A stretch of DNA of 64,000 nt, taken from positions 360,034,001 to 360,098,000 of the forward strand of contig OZ024740.1 of the NCBI GenBank assembly GCA_964016885.1. The letters run 5' to 3'. The notes under the pieces were generated by a model. The model was not told the DNA's origin. It made no database searches and worked only from the letters and a program-made list of their open reading frames with translations. Below are positions 39,724 through 52,298 of the stretch, piece after piece. The stretch is from Eledone cirrhosa. Lineage: Eukaryota. The position numbers and the translations under genes were made by a program. Numbering within the stretch: the first letter of the stretch is position 1; every line of letters begins with the position of its first letter.

Positions 39724-39990
39724 CTATTCCTTCTGGATAGCAATAGGATAGTTGACAGCTGACTCATTTGATTCCAAAGGACACTGGATACTGAGAACAC
39801 CATCATTAGAAAGGGTAGCTCTCAAATGATCTGAATTTGTGCCATCGGGGAGTGTATATTGCCGAGAGAAAACATGATAGATGCTGGAAGTGGCTGTTTT
39901 CTGATCATGTTTTGCATGGATGGTCAGTTGGTTATCAATTGTCTTGATGGTAATCTCATCAGGCTTGAATGGACTGACGTCAAGTTGTAC
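39724..39990 (-). CDS. Small heat-shock protein (alpha-crystallin/HSP20 family), last coding exon
   Basis: VQLDVSPFKPDEITIK..LTIHAKH..FSRQYTLP..LSNDGVLSIQCP alpha-crystallin domain with a C-terminal IAI (IXI) motif. Acceptor tgttgcag|GTA is in phase 0; stop is TAG. Confidence 0.93.
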   Translation of the reverse strand, partial: VQLDVSPFKPDEITIKTIDNQLTIHAKHDQKTATSSIYHVFSRQYTLPDGTNSDHLRATLSNDGVLSIQCPLESNESAVNYPIAIQKE

Positions 39991-42317
39991 CTGCAACAGT
40001 GATAAAAAATTATATCAATAACATCTAGTTTAAACAAGCCAATGGCAGAGTCTCTTACCAGTCATTCAGCCTGCTAGAAATGGCAACTACATCTCTCTCA
40101 ATTCCCACCCTATAGTTTTTAAAAAAATAAGGACACATAGGATAATGTAGTCTTAGACACATTGTGCTCTTTAAAAAAAAATCCAAACAACAATAATAAA
40201 TAATAATTAATAATGAAGTTCCCACAAGTGGTACAGCCAGTAATTGGACTGCCACTCTAGACACTTGACTGTGTCAATTATAGCATTTCAGTGGGTCATA
40301 GAAGTGCTTGGCAGCAGCTATCTTCTTTCCAAGCATCTAATCCCTCACTAAGTTTAGCTTGCCAGGAGAAGTTGTTAACAGGGTCATCAACAAAAAATAA
40401 CTGGATAGCCACAGCTATTTTATCAGGGCTGGCTTGTAGCAAAACAACATCCTAGCTAGTCAAATTTGCACTATATGTAAATGAACATTTACAGCCGATG
40501 TTTCATTTGAACTATATGAAAATTGAGTCTCCAGAAAAGATATAGACTTTAGCTTATTCTTGACTCAGTTCCGAGCAAGTAAATGTCACTGATGAAGGAT
40601 AGAAATCACAAAACAGTTGTCTGGTATTCTCATCAGCTACTGAGATAGCTGTGACATACATGATCACAGTTTAAAACATTCGTAGCGAGACACTCATAGG
40701 TTTATTGTACAAGAACATTTATAAGCTTTCATAAACATGCCCATTATATTATTATGTTAGTGTTACTGATAACATTTAGTTTAAATTGAGTCTGAATTAC
40801 CAAAATCCTTAGAGAGTCACACAAAATTCCCTTGAGTATTTATTTACTAGTATTTACTGTGATATTTACTTAAGTTCGGGGGTGAAATCCCATTAAAGTC
40901 AACTTTACATTTCATATTTCTAAGGTCAATAAAATAAAGTACCAGTCAAGTACTGGAAAAATTAAATACTCTTATAATGTATCCAAGGTGAAAATGAAAT
41001 AATAGAAGACAAAGACTAAGTTTTAATTATAAGATTAGTAGACAACTGTAGCATCTTTATTTTGTCCACAGTTTCTTATTGTCATATTGTATATGTCCTT
41101 CAATTTCTCTAAATAAACACGGTTATGCAATAAAGAAGATTATATTACAACTAATCTCACTCTGCAGTACTTTGGGCAAGTGTCTTCTACTATAGTCATA
41201 GGTTGATTAATACCTTGTGAATGGAATTTGGGAGACAGAAACTCTGCAAATGCTTGTGTACATATAAATTTATGTGAGCATATGTGCGTGTGCATATGTA
41301 TGTTTGTGTGTGTATATGTCTTTTTTTGTGTGTGTGTGTATGTGTGTGTCAGTGTTGTTTATGTTTATATCTCATTATGAGAGTAGAAACAATTATGAGG
41401 TTTACGAAATAGTAATTAATGAAATAAGGTCCAGACTGGAATAATGTACCTCAGGATGATCAAAATTCAGTGACTAAAACCATTAAGAGATATTAATTTT
41501 TCCATGATGGCATGCGTTAGATGGAACCTTTTGAGGCAGTGTTTTACAGCCAGATGCTCTTTCTGACAATAACCCTTTTAGTTGCCTCTTATGACATGCA
41601 TAGTGACAATGTACCTATTCTAAATTCCAAGAAACACAACTTAGTATAATTACAGGATAATTTTGATCAGTGAATTATTACTCACAAATTTCCTAAACGA
41701 TATACTAATTGCTATAAACAAAAGATTATTTTAACACAGACACAAGGCACCAAGTTTATAAGATGTATGTCCATAACTTGTTAGGTTATTTGTGACTATA
41801 CATGACTTTTTTTCTTGTATCTTTGGAGAAATTCTAATCTGCTCTCTCTTTTCTTCTTTTCTGTCTCTCTTCTTCTATCACACATTTTTTTTCTCTCAAC
41901 CTCTTCTTGTCCATTTATTTTTACCACTTGTATTGATTTGATTTACTCACAACAAGTAAATGTTTTCAGTATCATATGCTCCTTACATATGGACAATATA
42001 CAGCTAAAAGACAGAGTTTTATCATTCACAAGCAATTTAACCCGTTCATATCCATATTTCTAATGAAATACACTCTATTTCAATTAATTAATAAAGAATT
42101 TTGGGGGATTTACTAAAATTATTAATTACTTCATTTCTAAGATAATAAATGAACATATAGTTCTTATATAAAATTATGCTGGAGGATTTTAATTCAAATA
42201 GGAACACATTAAAATGGGTGGTTTTGTTTCATAGAACTAGAGGGTGTTTTAACCAAATTGATATCAAAAGGGTTAAATAACAATACCCAGCACTTATGAT
42301 AATAATTATACCCTTAC

Positions 42318-42560
42318 CTGAAAACATTTATCACCATCTGGACCCACAACTATAGGATCACGAAATTTGTCCAATGGTGTACTAGATTCAGCACCAAAAT
42401 CATCACTTGGATTCATTCGAAGCATTGCAGTGCGCATTGTTTGAATGTCGCGGTGCATCTGATCAACTTGAACATTCATTTCTCGAAACAGGCTGTCAAA
42501 GAATGGCACATCACTAAGGGTTGGCGTCACCACACGCTCATTTTGGTTGGAGGCAGACAT
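42318..42560 (-). CDS. Small heat-shock protein, first coding exon (81 aa N-terminal region)
   Basis: ATG at 42560 (MSASNQ..PFFDSLFREM..DPIVVGPDGDKCFQ). Donor CAG|gtaagg in phase 0 joins exon 39990-39724 in frame, giving 169 aa. An upstream acceptor (ttccacag at about 42652) implies a further 5' exon. Confidence 0.88.
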
Positions 42561-44040
42561 GTTGTCGCAAATCAACTGTAGGATGAGTTGCCCCAGTGTT
42601 GGATCTGATGTCGATGGAGCCACCTATGGCTCCTTACCTACATTAAATGTCCTGTGGAAATAGATAATAATATTAATGAGTTACAAAGTGATAACAATAA
42701 TAATAATTGTTTCTTAAATAGATACAAGACTAGAATTTGACTGGTATTTTATTGTATTAACGTCGGCAGGACTTGAACTCAGAACACAAAGAGCTGAAAT
42801 GAATACTGCAAATCTGAGTGTCTAATGTGTCTATCCTGGATATAATCTTCAAACAAGCAAGAAGGACAAAAAATGATGATGGACATAATCCTGAGAGGAA
42901 CTTAATGACAGCACTAACAGAACAATTAGAGCAATGGATTGGCAAAAATGGTAGGCACTGTACTAAATAGTTTGTGATATTTAGTTGAAGCTAATCATCT
43001 AGTCATGGGGCCTGCAAGGTAAACCCTTGCTTTAGAAGGGAAACTGGCCTTAAAATGCTTGTTGTTGCCAAAAAAATCTTAATGAATTGATATTTGTCTT
43101 TTTGTTGGAGAAAAAAATCAAAAGCCTAGTGATAATTGTTTGTGATTCTCAAAAAAAAGGGATAAAATTTCAAGGGATTAAGAATTATTTCACAGAAAAT
43201 TTAATTTTCATGTAAAGAGAAGCATCTTACTTTTGTTTTTATAACATTGGCTTTAAAATGATTAAGGATAACATTTTCAACAGACTATAACCAATTTCAA
43301 ATGAATAAACATAAGCAACCATTCTTCTGTCATTTAATATTGTGTTTTATTCTTTGGAATTCTGTATTCAAACCCTCTGTAATTCCCTACATGTCTAAAT
43401 TTCTCATCCAATTACAAACCTTGAACAGTTCAAACTCATTCTGTTATCCCTGTTCCTCAATTTAACTGGATACACTTCTACCCATCCTTGCTAATATATA
43501 AAATAAATGGTCAAATATTTAGTTTAGTTAGATGGTGAATTGGAAGAGTCGTTAGAATGTTGACTAGAATGCTTTGCAGTATTTGTTCCAGCTCTCTGTG
43601 CTCTTTGACTTGTGTGTGTATCTGTATGTGTATGTGTGTGTGTGTGTGTTAACTTTGCTTTTCATCCTTTGGAGTCCAATAAAAAAAAAAGTATAAGTTC
43701 AGTACTGGAATCAATGCCTGCCACCCCCTTCTCTCTGGAAGAAATGGGCTGTGTTCAGATCTGGAGAGGGGATGGATTCTACCCAGTTTAAAATGCCCAA
43801 GACAGGAGTTGTGGGTCCATACATACAGATATTTATTTTCTTTTTCTATATATGAGACTAGTTTATGTAGGGGTGGGGCAAAGTTAATAGACATGTCTCC
43901 ACAAGGAATAGTGTAAGGGACGATCCGCCCTTCTTCCCTGAACAATGGTGCACATCAGAGTTAATAAAAAGTATGACAGAGAGCACTATCAGCACATGCC
44001 AAAATAGTGCAAACTGATAGGCAGCTACTAATATAAGTCA

Positions 44041-44999
44041 TTAGCTGAATTACCCGGTGTTGCCCAGGTTACTGCTGTTCTTAATCAGATTAGTAAACAA
44101 TAAATATGGAGATATGTTTTTTTTCTCATAATTATTTCAAAATATCTATATTTTATTTTTAAAATATCAAAATTGTAATGATAATAGAATTTAGAAATGA
44201 AAACATGTAAATCTTGAAGCACCTTAGGGTAAACAATATTCATTGTGTAATTTTTTGTTGGTGTCCAAATGAATAAATTGTTGCTACACACTCACACACA
44301 TACACTCTAATATACATATAATATGACAGACACATACAGACATACATTCATACTGACACACACATAGCTTTTCACCTCATTTATGGTCAGTTGCTACATA
44401 TGTGTAGATGTATGTGTGTATTTAATTATGTACCTAATGAACTCACAGATACATACATATTCATATACAAAATGTGAAATCGGTGTGTTGTTTTCTATTG
44501 TTTTAATGCAAATGAAAATAAAAATTATCACACATACACTCACACACACATACACTCTCACATACACTCACACACACATACACTCTCACACACACTCTCA
44601 TACATATACTAAGACAGACACACAGACATACATTCACGCCCACTTGTCTGTCATCACATATGTATCTACATGTGTAGATGTGTGTGTGTGTTTAATTGTC
44701 TGTGTGTGAAGATAATGTGTATGCAACTTATGTAGTAACAAACTCGCAAACACACACACACTCACAAACACATACACACTCATTTATAAAATGTGACTCG
44801 TTGTCATTGTGGTTTACTATAGTTCACTATAGAAAGGTTATTTTAGTTAAAATATTATATTATTTTATTCCAAATAAAAATAAAAATTACATGTTAACAC
44901 TCCCAGGGGTCTAGTCCTATTACCTTGATTTGGTCCAGCCATTTGAGAATGCATAAGAACAGACAGACAGTCAGACAAAGAATTTTATGTATATAGAGA
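44041..44999 (-). mobile_element. Non-autonomous Helitron with (CA)-rich internal repeats
   Basis: 5' A|TCTCTATATAC at 44999; 3' hairpin CCTGGGCAACACCGGGT followed by CAGCTAA (decayed CTAG) at 44041. Confidence 0.75.
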
Positions 45000-46596
45000 T
45001 GACAGAAAAATGAAGCCCACAGGCAGGCAGTTTTGAGAAGAGGTTCACATGCTAAATGTCATGGAAAACTCTTTGCTGATGTCAAAGGAAGCAACATTAC
45101 TTTCACCAAATTACACTAGGTGAGTAATTTGGTGAGCCTACTGGTAAATGACATTAACTGAGTAGGTCTCTAGTAGATCTGGCTTTACAGAAGAGGCGGT
45201 ATTATTAGTCAGTGATGTTAGAGAGAGATTAAAATTATTTAGAGGAGCTTTGCCAAGTTTGTGTTGGAAAAAATAAGAATTACAGTTGTATAATTGTTGT
45301 AGCTAACTTTTAAGTATTGTACTCACACTTCCTCATAAGAATATTCAGATAATGAACTTTTAGTTCTTTGTATTTTGATTGCTTTACAAGGATGTCCATT
45401 CAAGTGGTGACTAACTCAATAAATATAGATACATAGAGATAAGTTGTTTGCATGTGGAAATGTTATTTGCATCACACTTTTGAAACAATCATTTAACAAA
45501 AGTAATTATCTTCTGTGATATTTTTTTCAAAATTTGACAGATTACTACTACTTCTCTCTCTCTCTCTCTCTCTACCTTTTAACATTGCCCTATTATCTGC
45601 CAGGAAACTCTGTTTTATATCAAACACATACACTTCTCTCATGCTTTATATATGTACCTATGTATATATCTGTAAAGATAAGTAAATAAACAAAAAAAAT
45701 AAGTTTAGATGGACTTGCGTGACAACCCCACCTCTATATATAATAAGCTACACAAGTGTTGGATAATGTGGACCTGGATTACCTGCCCATTGGTAAAAGA
45801 TAGGATGGTCACAACTGGAATGTCTTTAACCATAAGTCTGCTTGATCAAGACTGGCCTGGGGCTAAACAACATAAATAATTTGACTATATCCATTTCTAC
45901 ATGTCAAAATCCTAACAATAGTTTTAACACACACTAAAGAAAGTAACAACAAAACAGATGAAAAAATGAGGGAACTAAGGTGACATATGAAGTTCTAGTC
46001 TGAAACACTGTTATATATATATATATATTTCAATTGAGTTCTTAAACACGTTGGATTGATAATGTTTTCAAAAAAACTAATTAACCCGCGTGTATATTAT
46101 TTTTTTTCCTCATTTCGTGGATCGTGGGTTGTCTCCCCTTCCCGCTTCGTGTCGCTATGATACTTCCTCAGTCAAAAACTGCTGGAATTTCAAATTTGGC
46201 GGTCATTTGAGGTGAGAGAGAGCAACTTTACGGACACGATTTTTGACAGCGGTAAGAAATTGTTTTCTTATATCAATGTTTAATGGGCTTCCACTGATGA
46301 TTTATAAGTGCCCACCTAAATATATTCTTACATGAATATATATTAGGCTTCTACATAAACTGGAAACATTCTTCCAAACTTGTAGAAAACTTATAATGAA
46401 ACAATTGTTTGGAAAGAGAGATATACTTTAACTTTAATTATATCTCATAAAATAATACAACTGGTTTTTCCACATTATACATATTGTTAGCACCCCAAAC
46501 ACTTAAATTGGGTTTATATTTTAATATAACCTAATGTTTGTTGAGTGAGATGGTTACCAGTCAGAGTTTAGCTTTAAACTATCTCTGTTATTGTAT

Positions 46597-46638
<42 letters not shown>

Positions 46639-47336
46639 AAAGATGAAAATTTAAGGGTTAAAGCAAACAAACAAAAACACTTCTGCAAATGTCTGTTGAA
46701 GATATATTGATAGATTCAGGTAACTGACTGATTATTTTTGTAGTACTGCTACAGATATATAAGGTATCAACAATTTTTATATCGGCACAAAATCTGATTA
46801 TTTGTTATCTCTCTCTCTCTCTCTCACACACACACAGACATACACACACACACACACACACAGACACACACACACACACACACACACACAAATTGGCTCG
46901 GTCTGAATCAAATTCAAACATCAGGTAAGATCTAGATGAAATCAATAAGTGAGATCTAATCTATTCAATGAAAAAAGAGAGATAAAATGCAGAAACACAG
47001 AGTTACACACTCTCTCTCCCACACACATATAGTCACACCCTCTCTCTTTCCCACACACACACAGATACAGTCATTGAATCTCTTTTTTCTCTCTCTCACA
47101 CACACACACATATCTGTACGTATTATGTAATAAAGTTGCCTGTGAGGGTGTGAGTATATGTATGTGTGGTTGTGCACGCACATGCATATATAAACAGATA
47201 ATTTACACAATGTGGAAGTATACACGTGTCTACACACTTTCAATGCTTCCTTAGCTCACATTTACATTTACTTAATCAGATCTGTTTACCTAATTTTTCT
47301 TAACCTTTTAGCATTTACATTACTCTATATATACTA

Positions 47337-47442
47337 TTAGCTGAGGTACCCGGCTTCGCCCAGGAGAATAGTTAAGAGAAGATGGATAAAAGAGAAAACG
47401 ACTGTATTGGATGTTTTGTCTGGTATGAGGTGAGACTGTAAT

Positions 47443-47480
<38 letters not shown>

Positions 47481-47760
47481 CATAAAAAAAGCAATCATAA
47501 AACTTCCTTATTAGGCTGGGGGAATAAACTGCTGATTAAATGGTAGCATTGGCCTTGGATTTTAAATGTGGTGAAATAACCATAATCAGTATGATCTTTT
47601 TCAGCTCCAAAGGACATCTGAAATGCAGCAATATACCGCATAACATTGCTTCTGAAGTGTTTAGTTTTGTTAGTACAGTCTGTAAGTAGTATATGGATAA
47701 AAACTGGAGGGTAGATTAATTTCAAATAGTATCAATTTTTCTTTGTTCTGTAAAATTAAA
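47337..47760 (-). mobile_element. Helitron deletion derivative: N-terminal RepHel fragment joined to the 3' end
   Basis: HFRSN..AFQMSFGA..FKIQGQCYHLISSL; 3' hairpin CCTGGGCGAAGCCGGGTACCTCAGCTAA. Confidence 0.72.
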
Positions 47761-48259
47761 GACTGTAAAACGACTTTATAAAAGCTAATGCAATATTGTT
47801 AAACCTTCCTATAGATCAAAGGATCTATAGTTTTAGCCGATTCTAGACTTTTGTGGGATGTCACTCTCTCTCTCTCTCTCTGAATATCTAACACTTTAAT
47901 TGTATCTCTCTCTGTATAATGGCATATCTCTCTCTTTCTGCCTCTCCCTCTGTATCTCTCTTTAGATGTGTGTGTATGTGTATGTGTGTATGTGTAGTTT
48001 TCGTCTGATTCAACCAACCAACCAGCCAGCCAACCAGCCATCCAACCAACCAACCAACCAATAAACATCTCTCTATTATTTTTGTGGTAAAGGCTTTACC
48101 TCACATAATTATCTCACATAATATCGAATCTATGAGATTTTTATATCATTTATTTTGAGAACAATACCTTAACATAAGTATGAGTGGCCAGTTACAACCG
48201 GTTTGAACAGAAAGAGGTGAGAGAATTCTGGCTGGATATGGACTGTTTAAATGCTAAAG

Positions 48260-48590
48260 GGTTAAGGAAGTTGGGTGTAAATGAATTTCTAGTGAGAGCA
48301 ATGCAAGCCATGTACAGAGGTGCTGTCTGTAAAGTAAGAGTAGGTAATGAGTTTAATGAGGAATTTAATAGGCAGAAGGGTGGGTGTTCAGAGAAGTTTA
48401 AGAGCAACGGTCTTTGAGAAATTCTGAATACTGATGACCTACTTCTTCTAGCAAATTTATGAATAAGCTAAGTAAGAAATTTCTGCTGTGGAAACAAAAC
48501 TTAGAATCAAATGGCTCAGAGTAAACTTAGCAAAGACTAAAGTCTTAATAAGTAGGAAAGAAGACAAGAACCTACTGCCATCAAGGAAAT
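48260..48590 (+). mobile_element. RTE-type LINE fragment
   Basis: LRKLGVNEFLVRAMQAMYRGA..VRVG, LRVNLAKTKVLISRK. Confidence 0.75.
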
Positions 48591-49189
48591 GGCATACACA
48601 CACACAAATATGTATATATAACATATACACACATACGTATATACATATATATGATGTTATTCTTGCTTGTATGTGCCATCCTACATTAGTCAAAAGACTT
48701 ATTCATTGTAGCAGCTTCCAAGACATAACCCCTTTCGAAAAGTAGTTACATCTTGGAAGCTGCTACAATGCAAGCGTGTGTTAAAACTATTACGGCAACA
48801 AAAGGGGAGGTTGTAGCAGTTTCCAAGACATAAGCACTTATATATGTATATTATTCTACTTCAGTAGAAAAACTTATTCATATGCTGCTTATTTGCTAGT
48901 AAACAGAAGCTAAATAAAATTTATGGTGAGTAGCTGATGATGGGGCATTATTGTCTGTGTTCCTTGTATTGCCAGTAAAAGGAAGCCATGGTAGAAGTAG
49001 ACCAAGAAAGCTGACTTCAAATCACTGAGGAGTCACAGAGGAGATGACAAAGGATCACAACAAGTGGAGAAATGCCATACTGAGAAGGACCCGTGGAAAA
49101 ACGGACGTCAAAACGATGATGATATATATAATTTAGATTCCAGAGTTGAGCTGATCAATCGCAAAACGCGCATCACACATGAATCTGTT

Positions 49190-49465
49190 CCCAGCAGAGC
49201 ATGCCTTTTGAAGTGTTCCAAAAAGCGGAGCTGAACTAATCTTCTTTAACCATCCTTGGAAACTCTTTGAGATAGTACCTAGTGCGCCTATGACAATCGG
49301 GACGACCTTGATTTCATGGCAGTTCAAAATCCTTTTTAACTTCCACTTTAAGTCCTGGTATCGGTTAATTTTCTCCCTCTCCCTTTCTTGCACTCTCGTG
49401 TCAAATGGGTTGGCTACATCTACAATCAGGCACAATCTTTTTTCCTTGTCCAAAACCACCAGGTC
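49190..49465 (-). mobile_element. R4/Dong-like non-LTR fragment (restriction-like endonuclease)
   Basis: DLVVLDK..CLIVDVANPFD..EREKINRYQDL..VVPIVIGALG; abuts a (TAA)n tract at 49466. Confidence 0.8.
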
Positions 49466-50513
49466 ATTATTATTATTATTATATTATTTATTTGGCCTTG
49501 TGCCAAAGGTAGAAACAATTATATTCGTTATTCTTCCAGCTATTTCAAGCGTTAACCTAACATATACTGTACCGATTGTGTTGTTATTTCTGTTTACCTT
49601 TACACATATATGTAGTGACCTACATTCTGATACATTCTCCGTGCGTTGTTTGGCTCAGTTCAGCCAATCGCTATCAGCGAGAATGTATCTCGACTTCCAC
49701 CCAGAGGGAAAAATTCCTGCGGCGATTCGAAACTCTCTCTCTTGCTGCTTTGGACTCTGAAAGGTCAACACGCAATTATGTAACAATGAGATTTTCACTT
49801 TGGCCTGTTGGCCTCCTTTGGCCCGGCACAGTGCTTTTTCTTTACTCCTTAAAACTCTTAATTTTGTTTGTTATCTTCTTTGACTTGTCAACCCAACTTA
49901 ACATTTGTGGTCAGTTGTAAATAAAGCTTGTAAAATATTATAAAGTCTCATAATATTTTCTACAAAGCCTACAATGAACTCCAACTACTTCAACAAACAT
50001 TCACTTTATAGCTAACTTTGCCTCTCTCTCACTTAACAAACCTTACATTTCTCACTATAACAAACAACAACAATAACATATATTCTTTATTATTAATATT
50101 ATGCCATGTAGGCATAATATTATTTTTCTGCTAAATATATATATATATATATATATAGTGAAGAATAACATGGTCGGCTATACAAGAAGGGTTTTATTTA
50201 CAGAATTAGCAATTGTTTCATTGATCAGGTGAGTCTAAAGGTCGCTGATCACTTGAAATTGCGTCACTCGACCTTAAATACAGTGTGTGTGTCTGATCAA
50301 ATCATCAGAATACTGGAGGGTGTAACATGTTACTGGTATTTATAGATATATCGGAGAATCAAGTGAATGAAAACAATAACACCAATAATACAAGATAATA
50401 AAAAAATAATAAAAAAGTATAAAAAGATAAAAATGAAAATGATAAAGATGTAAAAAATAAGTAAATAATACGGTTATTGATAATAGTAGTAGTGGTGGTG
50501 GTAGTTAAAGTTA

Positions 50514-50690
50514 TAATTGTTTCTACTTTTGGCACAAGGCCAGCAATCACCCAGTGCATAACTGGTACTTTATTTTATAGACCCCATAAGGATGAAAGGC
50601 AAAGTTAACCTTAGTGGGATTTGAACTCAGGCGTAACTCTGTGCTGCAAAGCATAGCGTCCGACCCTCTACCGATACTGCCAATCCAACA
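50514..50690 (-). mobile_element. tRNA-derived SINE (same family as 38942)
   Basis: Reverse complement match to 38942-39130. Confidence 0.85.
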
Positions 50691-50850
50691 TAGTGAATAA
50701 GTGGATGTGTAAAATAGTGATGACAGTAATGATAACAATAACATGAAAAGAAATACGATATTTGATAGGTGAAATATAGTGTATTGAGTTCATAAATTGG
50801 CGAAATAAAAATGCAAAAAGTACAATATATATATATATATATATATATAT

Positions 50851-50975
50851 GGAGGCACATGGCTTTGCAATCGAAAGGTTGTGAGTTCAATTCTCAGACT
50901 GGGTGATGTGTTGTTTCCTTGAGCAAGACACTTTATTTCACATTGCTCCAGTTTACTCAGCTGTAGAAATGAGAT
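50851..50975 (+). mobile_element. CORE-like SINE fragment
   Basis: Box B GTGAGTTCAATTC followed by CCTTGAGCAAGACACTT...CAGTTTACTCAGCTGTAGAAATG, resembling the MIR/CORE domain. Confidence 0.55.
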
Positions 50976-51342
50976 GATAGGGACTGGGGTCCCTATCATT
51001 CCACTGCAAAATGGTCATGGAGGTGCCACAGCAAAAAATCACCCACCACTCACTGTAAATGAGGTTGGTGTTAGGAAGGGCATCCAGCTGTAGAAATCAA
51101 GCCAGAATCAGTTCTCGTCCCACCCTTGCAAGCAAGGAAAAGGGGACATAAAATTAAATGATGATGATGATGATATATATATATATTAGGTTATGCAAGA
51201 AATGCTTAGGGTTATCCTGAATGCAGTAATGGTTAATTACTACACTAGATAGAGTTGACGTACGGTGAGGGGTTACTCAACGAGTTATGGAAGAATAGTC
51301 GGAAAAACTCAGTTTCTGATCCTTCTGTATTCCGGAGTGTAG

Positions 51343-51641
51343 ATAAAGAATGAATAATAACAGGTAGACATCATAAAAAGGTAATTTATTCCGAGTGCTT
51401 ACAAATGTTTCAACAGTAGTTATACAGCCTAGTCATGCTATGTGCAAACTACCATTTCTGCAGAGCATTCTGCTCTGAGGAAATGGTAGTCGCAGTATTT
51501 GAAAATTGAGTTTCTGCAATCAAATAATTATCATTTTTGCACATAGCATGACTAGGCTGTATAACTACTGTTGAAACATTTGTAAGCACTTAGAATAAAT
51601 TACCTTTTTATGATGTCTACCTGTTATTATTCATTCTTTAT
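51343..51641. repeat. Inverted duplication of a Penelope-like pseudo-LTR end
   Basis: Arms of about 106 bp (51343-51448 and 51536-51641) are near-perfect reverse complements and contain hammerhead motifs. Confidence 0.8.
51471..51588 (+). ncRNA. Type I hammerhead ribozyme with long stem II loop
   Basis: Stem I TGCT/AGCA; CTGAGGA (51475-51481); stem II AATGGTAGT/ACTACTGTT; GAAA (51573); C-ATTT-G; GUA cleavage triplet. Confidence 0.7.
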
Positions 51642-51654
51642 ATATATATATATA

Positions 51655-52298
51655 TAGTGGTAGAACACTGGAAGGTAATATCTGTAGTGGTAGAGCACTC
51701 AGTCCATGGGACGAGTTAGGTAGAAGTGGTTACACAACAGTTAGTTCACCATACCGAGAACAATTGTTTCACCTTAGCGGATCCTCAGCTCGTAATGGGT
51801 ATGGTTATACGGAACAGGAAGGACAACCTTACGAACGCGCATGCGCAGAAACCCGTCACTTCACACAGGCAATACTAAAATGTGTGCGAGAGGTGTAAGG
51901 GAGATAACTGCGAAAGTCCGAAAAGTTTTTAGTTGATAAGAAAAAAATATTGATGTTGTTACAATAATTCATTCAATCCAGAGCTTTGTAGTTATGCAAT
52001 AGGTGTTTCGAGACGTGTGGACAATGTGTGAAAAATTCATTTCTCGTGTTTAGGCAATCACTATTGCATAATATCTTTAGAATATTTATTCGTTCGTCAA
52101 TACACAGTCCACACGACGGATTTCCCCTTGCGTATGACTTAGTGATGGCTTTCCGTTGAATGGAGTAGTCTATACTTGAGTCCTTGAGGGACCATACGTG
52201 GCTCGCGAGTTTCGTGGATGAACGTCTGTCCGGGTACCTAAAGGCCGACTGGTGGTTCAGGAAACATTCCTTAAATCGGCCCTCCGCCATGCCCACAT
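51655..52298 (-). mobile_element. Penelope-like element 3' end: GIY-YIG endonuclease C-terminus and pseudo-LTR
   Basis: VGMAEGRFKECFLNHQSAF..STKLASHVWSLK..CGLCIDE..LNTRNEFFTHCPH, followed by a hammerhead. Confidence 0.85.
51749..51798 (-). ncRNA. Minimal type I hammerhead ribozyme
   Basis: The minus strand reads CCATTACGAG CTGAGGA TCC-GCTAA-GGT GAAA CAATTG TT CTCGGTATGG: complete core, stem I CGAG/CTCG, palindromic stem III. Confidence 0.8.

Noticed and set aside
46295-46395. TATA box plus heat-shock elements as the sHSP promoter
   Set aside because: The nGAAn/nTTCn units are imperfect and out of phase, it is 3.7 kb from the CDS, and no linking exon could be established.
49611-50059. Possible solo LTR starting TGTAGTGA
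   Set aside because: It has LTR-like composition and AATAAA, but no right end with a matching TSD could be fixed.
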